Part shown: piece after piece, positions 19,127-27,095 of the stretch
Numbering within the stretch: position 1 is the stretch's first letter
Layout of the letters: every line of letters starts with the position of its first letter
Source of the DNA: Candidatus Nealsonbacteria bacterium
GTDB taxonomy: Bacteria; Patescibacteriota; Minisyncoccia; Minisyncoccales; RBG-13-42-11
Assembly: GCA_026396115.1 (NCBI GenBank)
Contig: JAPLXL010000002.1
Location: 69,142-133,141 of the forward strand
Direction of reading: 5' to 3'
DNA: 64,000 nt
Made by a program: the position numbers and the translations under genes
Notes under the pieces: generated by a model
What the model saw: the letters and a program-made list of their open reading frames with translations, nothing else
The model's database searches: none
Told to the model about the DNA's origin: nothing

Positions 19127-19516
19127 ATGGAAATTCAAGGATACAACTTTGAAGAATTTACATCTTTTAGAGGAAAGTTTTCTTCTAAAATTAGCTTAGG
19201 TAAGATAGGTGGATTTGGTTTTAGCACCGGTTTTTTTCACAGAAATAATTTAAAAGGGTCGGTTGGATTAAAGCTTTTTTACGACAAGGACAAAAAAGCG
19301 GTAGGATTCAAGTTTCTTGACTCGCCAGAAGAAGGTATGGTAAAATTAAAACCAAGACAGACAGGAGGATATATCTCTGCTATTTCGTTTCTCGGAAAAT
19401 ATGATATTGACCCCAAAAAATATACCGGCAGATATGACCCTAAGGAAATTATGGATGAGAAACTCGGAAAGATATTTATTATTGAATTAAAAGAGCAGAA
19501 AGATGATAAAAATTAA
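19127..19516 (+). CDS. Hypothetical protein
   Basis: 129-aa ORF; TTGACA..TATGAT promoter-like sequence at about 19047-19074. Confidence 0.65.
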   Translation: MEIQGYNFEEFTSFRGKFSSKISLGKIGGFGFSTGFFHRNNLKGSVGLKLFYDKDKKAVGFKFLDSPEEGMVKLKPRQTGGYISAISFLGKYDIDPKKYTGRYDPKEIMDEKLGKIFIIELKEQKDDKN

Positions 19517-19517
19517 A

Positions 19518-19648
19518 TACAAAACGCTGGAAGCAAGTAAAGTACTCCAGCGTCTTGTAGATTACAAATCGTGGAGACCAGCGTCCCTAATAGGATTAAA
19601 AGTCGCGCTGGTTTTCCACAGCCTCTTCAGCTATTTTCATTATAGCTT
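19518..19648. ncRNA. Candidate structured RNA (two long stems plus a small third)
   Basis: TACAAAACGCTGGA/TCCAGCGTCTTGTA and GTGGAGACCAGCG/CGCTGGTTTTCCAC; minus-strand TATAAT at about 19640-19645. Confidence 0.4.
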
Positions 19649-19666
19649 GAAAAGGTTAACAAGTAA

Positions 19667-20140
19667 ATGTTAATTTCAATGTTACAAACAACGAAAGCAA
19701 AGCCAAATCCTTCCGGAAAAGATCGTTCCAGATTTTTTACACCACAACAACAACTAGCAGGAGAGTGGATTGATATTCAGAATACTGGTTCATTACCAAT
19801 ATCTTTAAACAACCTAGAGGTTTATCATTTAGCTTATAAAATGACTGGAACGGAATGGGAGAAAGTTATTGTTTTATCAGGCATGTTACCAGCGGGGAAA
19901 ATAGTAAGAATTCATTCGGGAAGAGAGATCCCATTACTACAGTTATTAGAAATAGATAGAATCGGTGCGGAGTATCATATCTTTACGGGAAAGAACTATG
20001 TTTGGAATAATGACCAAGTAGATAAACCCAGCATTTTTAACTCACAACTAAAAAAATGGGAAGATCAGACCTGGTATGACAAATATCCACCCGAAGGGAT
20101 TGTGCTGAAAAGGGACAATGGCAAACTAGTACCATTATAG
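19667..20140 (+). CDS. Lamin tail domain (LTD)-like protein
   Basis: EWIDIQNTGSLPISL..LPAGKIVRIHSG..YVWNN pattern. Confidence 0.65.
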   Translation: MLISMLQTTKAKPNPSGKDRSRFFTPQQQLAGEWIDIQNTGSLPISLNNLEVYHLAYKMTGTEWEKVIVLSGMLPAGKIVRIHSGREIPLLQLLEIDRIGAEYHIFTGKNYVWNNDQVDKPSIFNSQLKKWEDQTWYDKYPPEGIVLKRDNGKLVPL

Positions 20141-20213
20141 CCCTAGGAGAAGTGCGAGGGTCGTTGTTTTCTAGAGACAACTTCCCTCGTCCTTTCATCA
20201 AATTGTAAAGTAA

Positions 20214-20906
20214 TCTTTAAAAAATAATTCTGGCAAGAATAATAAGTTAAATGGCATTTATCTTTTAGGTTCAGCTACCGAAAATTGGACGCTTTATCGA
20301 AATAATGATTTTCCTTATGTCATTTTACAACTTGAAATAGTTTCCAGTTCCACTTTGATCATTAATCCAGGTGTGGTAGTAAAATTTGAACCTTATAAAC
20401 CCTGGTCGGGTAATGACGATAATTTGATCGTAAAAGGAAAGATTGAAGCCATAGGTTCTCCAACCGAAAAAATTGTTTTTACTTCGATTGATGATGATGA
20501 GTACGGTGGCGATACTAAAAATGATGGAATCACAACCTCAATTAGCTATTGGAACAGGATTCATTTCACTCCCGAAGCTGCTACTTCTACTTTTCAAAAT
20601 GTAATCATTAGTTATGGAGGACTAACTGGACTTGGTTGGTATCCTTATCTTGGTGTGGTATATGTAGAAAAAAATAGTGTAATTTTTGAAGATGTTTACT
20701 TCAAAAATAACGGACCCAGTGCGTATACTCTTTATTTAGAGAACTCAACTTCTACGGTTAGAAATTCCATTTTTGAAAATAGTTGGATAGCAATTAATAT
20801 TGTCGGTCAAGATCAGAATGTCTTTGAGAATAATGCTTTCCAAAATTGCAATTGCTATGTCATGAAGGATAATCAGTGTATTTCGCCTATTTCGTCCTTG
20901 CCTTAA
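20214..20906 (+). pseudogene. 5'-truncated beta-helix surface protein fragment
   Basis: Reading frame is open from the stop at 20211 with protein-like sequence (NNKLNGIYL..PYVI..LIINPGVVVKF..GSPTEKIVFTSIDDD) but has no ATG at its 5' end. Confidence 0.65.
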
Positions 20907-21004
20907 TGCCCAACAAATAGGTTTTTATGTATGATTTTCAAGTCGTTAGGGCTTGATTTTTTTTGACCCAGTTTTTAATTTCTGATATATTAAAAGAACG
21001 TTCT

Positions 21005-21637
21005 ATGAACAGAGAGTTTTTAATTCAACTGACAAATAATCTTTATCGCTTAACCTTGCTTTTTCCGAAAAAAGAGCCCTTAAGGTATAAAATGCGAGAA
21101 AAGGCTGATGATATTTTGGCCAAACCCAATGAAAAAGATTTGGAGGTTTTGGACAGTTTTTTTGAAGTGGCTTTGGTTCAAAACTGGGTAAGTCCTTCTG
21201 ACATATTGGCAATTAAGAAAGAATATGATAATCTAGGGGAGATATTAAAAAAATACAAGCCGGAAAAAGAAAAAAAGAAAGATAATCTTGCTGTTGTCGA
21301 AGAGGATAAATCCTCTTCTTCAGCCATCGAGCGAGGCGAAGCCGAGCGAAGATCAAGAAGAGATTTATCTCTTCGCCCCGCTGCGGCTCTGGTTGTTGAA
21401 GCTTATCCCAAAGAAACGCCAATTCCGCTGGGTCATAATTTGAACAGGCAAGAAAAGATACTGGAGTTTTTAAAAGAAAAGGGCAGGGCCCAGGTTTGGC
21501 AGATAAAGCAAGTTCTGCCCGAAGTTACCAAAAGAACCTTAAGACGAGATTTTGAGCATATGTTAGAACAGGGCTTAATTGAGAGAATGGGCGAGAAAAA
21601 CGACACTTTTTACCAAATTAGAAATATTCAATCCTAA
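21005..21637 (+). CDS. Four-helix-bundle-like N-terminus plus C-terminal DeoR-like winged HTH
   Basis: LYRLTLLFPKKEPLRYKMRE; RQEKILEFL..VTKRTLRRDFEHMLEQGLIER; ATG at 21005. Confidence 0.75.
   Translation: MNREFLIQLTNNLYRLTLLFPKKEPLRYKMREKADDILAKPNEKDLEVLDSFFEVALVQNWVSPSDILAIKKEYDNLGEILKKYKPEKEKKKDNLAVVEEDKSSSSAIERGEAERRSRRDLSLRPAAALVVEAYPKETPIPLGHNLNRQEKILEFLKEKGRAQVWQIKQVLPEVTKRTLRRDFEHMLEQGLIERMGEKNDTFYQIRNIQS
21296..21392 (+). repeat. Family A element with nested inverted copy (21328-21378), in-frame in HTH gene
   Basis: Outer GTCGAAGAGGATAAATCCTCTTCTTCAGCCAT..CGCTGCGGCTCTGG; inner reverse complement GGGCGAAGAGATAAATCTCTTCTTGATCTTCGCTCGGCTTCGCCTCGCTCG. Confidence 0.9.
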
Positions 21638-21654
21638 ATGAGGTATACATATAT

Positions 21655-21679
21655 AGGGTAGGACACGCTGTCCTACCTT
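21655..21679. promoter_or_regulatory. Inverted repeat upstream of ECF sigma (operator or hairpin)
   Basis: AGGGTAGGACA-CGC-TGTCCTACCTT. Confidence 0.5.
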
Positions 21680-21696
21680 GTCTGGCTTAATTTATC

Positions 21697-22212
21697 ATGG
21701 CAAATAAACGAAAAGAATTCAGTAAAATCTACGACCGGTGTATTAATAAAATATATCGTTTTATATTCTTAAAGGTGAATTCTGAGGAAATTGCCCAGGA
21801 TTTGTGTTCCGAGACCTTTTTAAAGGGCTGGGAATCATACAAGAACAATCCCAATATTGAAAATCCTTCAGCTTTTTTGTATCGGATTGCCCGTAATCTA
21901 ACAACCGATTACTATCGGGAAAAGGGTAGGACAAATTTTGTTTCGCCAGAAATAGTGCCGATTGTTGATCCAAAGCCGGGTATAGAAGAAAAAGTAGTTT
22001 TTAACTCAGATTTGGACCAAGTTAAGCTAGTTTTAGCTGATTTAAAGGAAGATTACCAAAACGTGATTATCTGGCATTATTTGGACGATCTACCTATTCC
22101 AAAAGTAGCGAAAATGCTTGATAAATCGGAAGGAGCCACCCGGGTGACTCTCCATCGTGCTCTAAAATCCATTAAAAATGAGATTAACAGACGGGAGGTA
22201 AAGGAAGGATAA
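21697..22212 (+). CDS. ECF-family RNA polymerase sigma factor
   Basis: AQDLCSETFLKGW, AFLYRIARN (region 2); region 4 HTH VAKMLDKSEGATRVTLHRA. Confidence 0.93.
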   Translation: MANKRKEFSKIYDRCINKIYRFIFLKVNSEEIAQDLCSETFLKGWESYKNNPNIENPSAFLYRIARNLTTDYYREKGRTNFVSPEIVPIVDPKPGIEEKVVFNSDLDQVKLVLADLKEDYQNVIIWHYLDDLPIPKVAKMLDKSEGATRVTLHRALKSIKNEINRREVKEG

Positions 22213-22214
22213 CT

Positions 22215-22270
22215 GGCGAAGAGAACTTCGTTCTCTTTTTTATCTTCGCTTTCACTACGTGAAAGCTTGG
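22215..22270 (+). repeat. Family A element, intergenic
   Basis: GGC-GAAGAGAAC-TTC-GTTCTCTTT-TTTATCTTC-GCTTTCAC-TAC-GTGAAAGC-TTGG. Confidence 0.85.
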
Positions 22271-22272
22271 TG

Positions 22273-22300
22273 TGTAACAAATTCGTGTCTAATTCGTCGT
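22273..22300 (+). promoter_or_regulatory. ECF sigma-type promoter
   Basis: TGTAAC-N16-CGTCGT, matching the AAC/CGT ECF consensus; 7 nt before the anti-sigma ATG. Confidence 0.65.
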
Positions 22301-22307
22301 AATTACA

Positions 22308-23165
22308 ATGAAGATGACTGACAGAGACCTCATCAAAAAACTGCAAATCCTCAAAGACATTAAACCCAGAAAGGACTGGGTTGTTTTGATTAAAACACAG
22401 ATTTTAGGCGAAGAACGAGAACAGTTCTCGTTGATAGAAAGTTTGAGATTGTTTTTTCAGTTTAAGTTGGCTAAACCGGCTTTTGCCAGTTTAATTGCTG
22501 TTTTTCTTCTATTCGGGCTTTTTGCTTTTGCTCAAAACTCTTTACCCGGCGACTTTTTATACCCGATAAAGAAGATTGCAGAAAGAGGCCAGGCAGTTTT
22601 TGTTTCAAAAATTGATAAGCCGCAAGCCAGCCTTAATTTAGCCAATAAAAGATTGGAAGAATTGACTAAAATCGCAGAAACCAATCAGGTGAAAAAATTA
22701 GCTCCGGCCATCAATGAATTCCAGGCAAGCGTCTCCGAAGCAGCTAAGAATTTATCAAGAATGGAGGCAACCAGTTCAGACCCCGCAGCAATTAAAAAAA
22801 TGGTTGAGGGAACCAAAGAATTAGGAGGAAAAATACAAGAAGTTAAATCATTGGGCGTGGTTATCGGAGAAGAAGAATTTGATGAATTGCAGGGGGTTTC
22901 AGATAAATTAGAGGTTGAGCTTTTGATTTCAGATTTGGAAGAAAGAACTTTATGGACCGAAGAGCAAAAAGAGATTTTAAATCAAATGAAAGAATTAGTC
23001 GAAGAAGGGAAATATTCAGAGGCGTTGGTTATGTTTAACGCAGAATTTAATAAGCCGGCCAGCCCGGAACCGATGGAAGAGCCGATAGATGAATCGGAAG
23101 AGCAAATAGAAGAACCAATAGAAAAAGAGCTGATAGAAGAAGTGACAGAAGAACCGACAGAATAA
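22308..23165 (+). CDS. Putative anti-sigma factor (DUF5667-like), single TM helix, acidic repetitive tail
   Basis: SLPGDFLYPIKK..LANKRLEEL motif; directly follows the ECF sigma gene. Confidence 0.75.
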   Translation: MKMTDRDLIKKLQILKDIKPRKDWVVLIKTQILGEEREQFSLIESLRLFFQFKLAKPAFASLIAVFLLFGLFAFAQNSLPGDFLYPIKKIAERGQAVFVSKIDKPQASLNLANKRLEELTKIAETNQVKKLAPAINEFQASVSEAAKNLSRMEATSSDPAAIKKMVEGTKELGGKIQEVKSLGVVIGEEEFDELQGVSDKLEVELLISDLEERTLWTEEQKEILNQMKELVEEGKYSEALVMFNAEFNKPASPEPMEEPIDESEEQIEEPIEKELIEEVTEEPTE

Positions 23166-23227
23166 AGTTTCCACAATTTTGATGGTTGGAGTTGTTATTT
23201 ATTATGTTAAAAAATGGAGATTCGCGA

Positions 23228-23267
23228 ACCCCGCACCAATCTTGCTTTCGGCGAGATGATACGGGGT
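23228..23267. repeat. Family B palindromic element, intergenic
   Basis: ACCCCGCACCA-ATCTTGC-TTTCG-GCGAGAT-GATACGGGGT; its ends match the reverse complement of the 4903 copy. Confidence 0.75.
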
Positions 23268-23350
23268 AATTCTCGTGACTAATACGTAAGGTCGCGAAGA
23301 AAAGGTCGACGCGATGATGTAAATAATTAATAAAAAAATAAAAAACTAAA

Positions 23351-25225
23351 ATGAATAGATTAAAAAAGATTATAGCAGTTTTAGCGATTGCTGGTTTATT
23401 CGGAGCCGTAGCTCCTGCTCAAGCATTAACCGCAGAAGAGCTTTTGGCTTCAATTCAAAGCCTTCAGGCCGAATTGAATCAATTGATGACTGAATATCAG
23501 ACATTGACCGGAGCTCCTGCAGCTCCTGCAGCCAGTGTGCCTGCAGCTTGTGCCGGAGTCACTTTTGACCGCAATTTATCCCAGACTATGACGGGTACAG
23601 ATGTAAAATGCCTACAGGCAATTTTAAATCTGACCGTCGACACACAAGTAGCAGCCAGCAGTTTCGGTTCTCTGGGAAATGAAACGACTTATTTTGGTTC
23701 TTTGACCAAAGCAGCCGTTATCAATTTCCAGGAGAAATACGCCACTACGATTTTGGCTCCACTTGGATTGACTGCCGGAACCGGTTTTGTCGGTGCTGCA
23801 ACAAGAACTAAATTAAACGCGATGTTGACAGGAGGAATTCCAGTAGTTCCAGTCGTTCCAGTAGTGCCGGTAGTTCCAGTAGAGGAACAAATTGAAGGAG
23901 ATTTAACAGCAAGATGGCTTCCATCTCCAACAGGTGTTGAAGTTAATTGGGGAGCTACCAATGTAGCAGTAGCCGCTTTAGAACTTAGTGCAGAAGATTC
24001 AAGTATCAGAGTCGACAGAATTGACATTACCTTTAGTGCAGATATTTGGAAAAAGATAGATTATCTTGCTCTTTATGACGGAGACAGTGCTGTAAAGGGA
24101 ACTGACATTGATAGTTCAGTTGGTGACAGATTAAGATTAACAGGATTGGGCATTAATGTTCCCAAAGACGGAACAAAGACCATTACTGTTAAAGTTAATG
24201 TGCCTGTTATGCCTCGTGTCCCTGGATCAATGACTCTTACTATTGTAGGCGATGGAATAAGAGGAATAGACACTGCAGGAATTACTCAATATGCGACTGT
24301 AAGTGGTAGTAAAATATTTACCGTAGCAGCCGCTGGCGTAGGAGCAAGAGTTGAGACTAAAGTAAATGCAAGCAATCCTGCTGAAGGTATTGCCTTGATT
24401 GATGCAGATGTGGCAACAGAGCATGAGGTTTTAAGGTTTGACCTTAAAGTAACAAAAGACACCGCTCAGGTAGGAACTATTGTAGTTACTCTTTCCACCG
24501 CAACAAACATTAATTCTGTAAAGCTTTATGATGGGACTGAAGTTATTGGCAGTGAAGATGCATCTACCACAGTAACATTTGATGATCTTGAAGTAGATAT
24601 TGCTAAAGATACTACCAAGACTCTAAGTGTTAAGGTGGAATATGCTGCAACAACCACTGCAGGCAGTGTTTTAGTATCAATAGCTAATACTACCCCAGAG
24701 GGAACTGTAGTCGCAGTAAGTGAAAATGATGAAACTGTTACTTACACCGGCTCGGCAACAGGAAACACAATTTACTTTTATTCCGTGTCACCGGTTGTGA
24801 CTTTTGTTTCCCAAGCGATAACAGAAACCGAAGACCCAGTAACCTCAACCTTGACTGAATGGTTTGATGGTACGATTACCTTCAAATTGACAGCACAAGG
24901 AGAAGATATAGTGATTCCTACTACTACTGCTGGAATTGTAATTTCAGGATGGAGTGTGACTGATGCTACATCTACCGGCGTTACTACTACCTCTCAATTG
25001 ATAACGATTGATGGTAAAATATTAAGTAGCGCTTCAGTAGCAGAGAGAACTATTGCAGCTGGCACGTACAGAACCATTGTGGCAAAGGCAAGAATTACTG
25101 ACGTTGATGATACCGGTGAATATTATAACTTCAAGATTACCAAAGTAGGATGGGATACTGCCCATGTATTGGCAGATGCTTTGATTGTGATACTTAAGAC
25201 AGACGCTCTGATATTTGTTAAGTAG
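23351..25225 (+). CDS. Secreted surface (S-layer-like) protein with peptidoglycan-binding-like domain
   Basis: Signal peptide, DVKCLQAILN..YFGSLTKAAVINFQEKY..GTGFVGAATRTKLN, PVV-repeat linker, Thr/Val-rich beta domains. Confidence 0.75.
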   Translation: MNRLKKIIAVLAIAGLFGAVAPAQALTAEELLASIQSLQAELNQLMTEYQTLTGAPAAPAASVPAACAGVTFDRNLSQTMTGTDVKCLQAILNLTVDTQVAASSFGSLGNETTYFGSLTKAAVINFQEKYATTILAPLGLTAGTGFVGAATRTKLNAMLTGGIPVVPVVPVVPVVPVEEQIEGDLTARWLPSPTGVEVNWGATNVAVAALELSAEDSSIRVDRIDITFSADIWKKIDYLALYDGDSAVKGTDIDSSVGDRLRLTGLGINVPKDGTKTITVKVNVPVMPRVPGSMTLTIVGDGIRGIDTAGITQYATVSGSKIFTVAAAGVGARVETKVNASNPAEGIALIDADVATEHEVLRFDLKVTKDTAQVGTIVVTLSTATNINSVKLYDGTEVIGSEDASTTVTFDDLEVDIAKDTTKTLSVKVEYAATTTAGSVLVSIANTTPEGTVVAVSENDETVTYTGSATGNTIYFYSVSPVVTFVSQAITETEDPVTSTLTEWFDGTITFKLTAQGEDIVIPTTTAGIVISGWSVTDATSTGVTTTSQLITIDGKILSSASVAERTIAAGTYRTIVAKARITDVDDTGEYYNFKITKVGWDTAHVLADALIVILKTDALIFVK

Positions 25226-25270
25226 AACTAAGTAAGATTTATTTTTTTTGCCTTTCCTTGTGGGGCAACC

Positions 25271-25299
25271 AAAAAGTCCACCCTCTCGGGTGGCTTTTT
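25271..25299 (+). terminator. Intrinsic terminator
   Basis: AAAAAGTCCACCC-TCTC-GGGTGGCTTTTT. Confidence 0.7.
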
Positions 25300-25365
25300 G
25301 TTTTACTGATTATCACTGATAATTTACTGATTTATGCTGATATGATAAAATAAAGAAATATCCAT

Positions 25366-27078
25366 ATGCAGAAAACAAAAATAATTTTCATTGGAATAAT
25401 ATTATTAGTTGTCCCTTTGTTTGCTAACGCCGATACTCTCGGGCAAGAGGTCAATTTTAACATTGATTCTTCTTATGATTTATACGGTAGAAAAGAGGCT
25501 TTGGCTCTTTTGCAAAAAATTACCAATCAAATCTATTTTTATGTTGACAAAGAATGGTGGGAGGGATTGGATTATTCAAAAAAACAGAGTTTGGATGTGG
25601 AAATTTATAATTTAAGCGTTGAGTTTGAAAGAAATATTTATTCAAAACTAACTTCAACTTTCGGTTCAGAACCAAAGCCCGGGATTGACGGCGATGAAAC
25701 AATTACGGTTTTAATTCATCCGATGATTAAAGATGCCGGCGGCTATTTTAATTCGGGTGATGTCTATTCCAAACTTCAATATCCAAAATCAAATGAAAGA
25801 GAAATGCTTTATTTAAACAGCCAGTATATTGACAAATCTGAAGCCAAAAGTTTTTTAGTCCATGAATTTTTGCATTTAATTACGGTCAATCAGAAAGATC
25901 TATTAAGGAATGTAACTGAAGAAACTTGGCTTAATGAAGCCAGAGCAGAGTACGCTTCAACTTTGCTGGGTTATGATGATATTTACAAAGGAAGCAATCT
26001 TGAAAGAAGGGTTAGAGATTTTTTAACAAAACCATCCGATTCTTTAACCGAATGGCTTAATAAAAAAGAAGATTACGGAGTCGTTAATTTATTTACCCAG
26101 TATTTAGTTGACCATTACGGAGTAAAGGTTTTGGTTGATTCTCTGCAATTTTCAAAAACCGGAATTGATTCCATAAATTACGCTTTGGAGAAAAATGGTT
26201 TAAAAAAAGATTTTTCTCAGATTTTTAGCGATTGGCTAATCACAGTTTTGGTTAATGACTGCCAATTAGGAGAGAGATATTGTTATTTGAATAAATATCT
26301 CAAAGATATTAGAATCACCCCTACTTTTTATTATCTTCCAAGAACAGAAACCATTTTGTCTACTTATCACGATACTACTTATTGGAGTGCCAACTGGCAC
26401 AGATTTATAGGCGGATTGAGCAATCTTATTTTGGAATTTGAGGGAGCCGGTTCTGCCGAATTTGAAATTCCCTATTTGCTTTGCGATTTAAAAGATAATT
26501 GCTCTGTTGAGTTTTTTCCTTTAGATCCTGCCGAGCAAACAGGAAAAATCACTTTTCCTGAATTTAACACAAAATACAGTTCTTTAACTATTATTCCTTT
26601 TATTAAAAACAAAACCTCCGGGTTTGACGGGAGGGAAGATTCTTTTTCTTTTTCCTGGAAGGTTACCGTTCAGGAAAAATCAGAAGAGAAAAAAGAAGCC
26701 GAATTAATCAGCCGGCTTTTGGCCGAGATCGAAGAATTAAAAAGACAGATTGCTGAAGTTCGAGCAAAGATAAACGCCATTTTGATTGAAGGAGGCCAAA
26801 TTTCCTGCCAGAGATTTGAAAAAGATCTTTTTTTTGGAATAAGGAATGATTTTGAAGTTAGCTGCCTTCAGGAGTTCTTAAAATCTCAGGGCCAGGATGT
26901 ATATCCTGAAGGATTGGTTACCGGCAACTTTCTTTCTTTAACCCAGCAGGCCGTAATCCGTTTTCAGGAAAGATACGCTGCGGAGATTTTGGCACCCTTA
27001 GGCTTGAAAAGGGGAACCGGATATGTCGGGCAGATGACAAGAACAAAATTGAATGAAATTCTGATTAGCGGAGAATAA
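25366..27078 (+). CDS. Secreted zinc metallopeptidase-like protein (M6/M30-like) with C-terminal PG-binding-like domain
   Basis: GGYF, HEFLH, WLNEARAE motifs; C-terminal CLQEFL..FQERY..GTGYVGQMTRTKLN. Confidence 0.75.
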   Translation: MQKTKIIFIGIILLVVPLFANADTLGQEVNFNIDSSYDLYGRKEALALLQKITNQIYFYVDKEWWEGLDYSKKQSLDVEIYNLSVEFERNIYSKLTSTFGSEPKPGIDGDETITVLIHPMIKDAGGYFNSGDVYSKLQYPKSNEREMLYLNSQYIDKSEAKSFLVHEFLHLITVNQKDLLRNVTEETWLNEARAEYASTLLGYDDIYKGSNLERRVRDFLTKPSDSLTEWLNKKEDYGVVNLFTQYLVDHYGVKVLVDSLQFSKTGIDSINYALEKNGLKKDFSQIFSDWLITVLVNDCQLGERYCYLNKYLKDIRITPTFYYLPRTETILSTYHDTTYWSANWHRFIGGLSNLILEFEGAGSAEFEIPYLLCDLKDNCSVEFFPLDPAEQTGKITFPEFNTKYSSLTIIPFIKNKTSGFDGREDSFSFSWKVTVQEKSEEKKEAELISRLLAEIEELKRQIAEVRAKINAILIEGGQISCQRFEKDLFFGIRNDFEVSCLQEFLKSQGQDVYPEGLVTGNFLSLTQQAVIRFQERYAAEILAPLGLKRGTGYVGQMTRTKLNEILISGE

Positions 27079-27095
27079 TACCGGCGGTTTTTACC

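Noticed and set aside
14572..20214. Island as a prophage or integron cassette array
   Set aside because: No integrase, phage structural genes, tRNA att site or convincing attC boxes.
429..22270. Family A repeats as a CRISPR array or plain terminators
   Set aside because: They are dispersed, in both orientations, with no spacers or cas genes; several lie inside ORFs or just before start codons and lack U-tails.
23840..23881. 9-bp repeats encoding PVVPVVPVVPV; also acidic EEPI repeats at about 23076-23162
   Set aside because: Ordinary low-complexity protein linkers or tails with synonymous variation.
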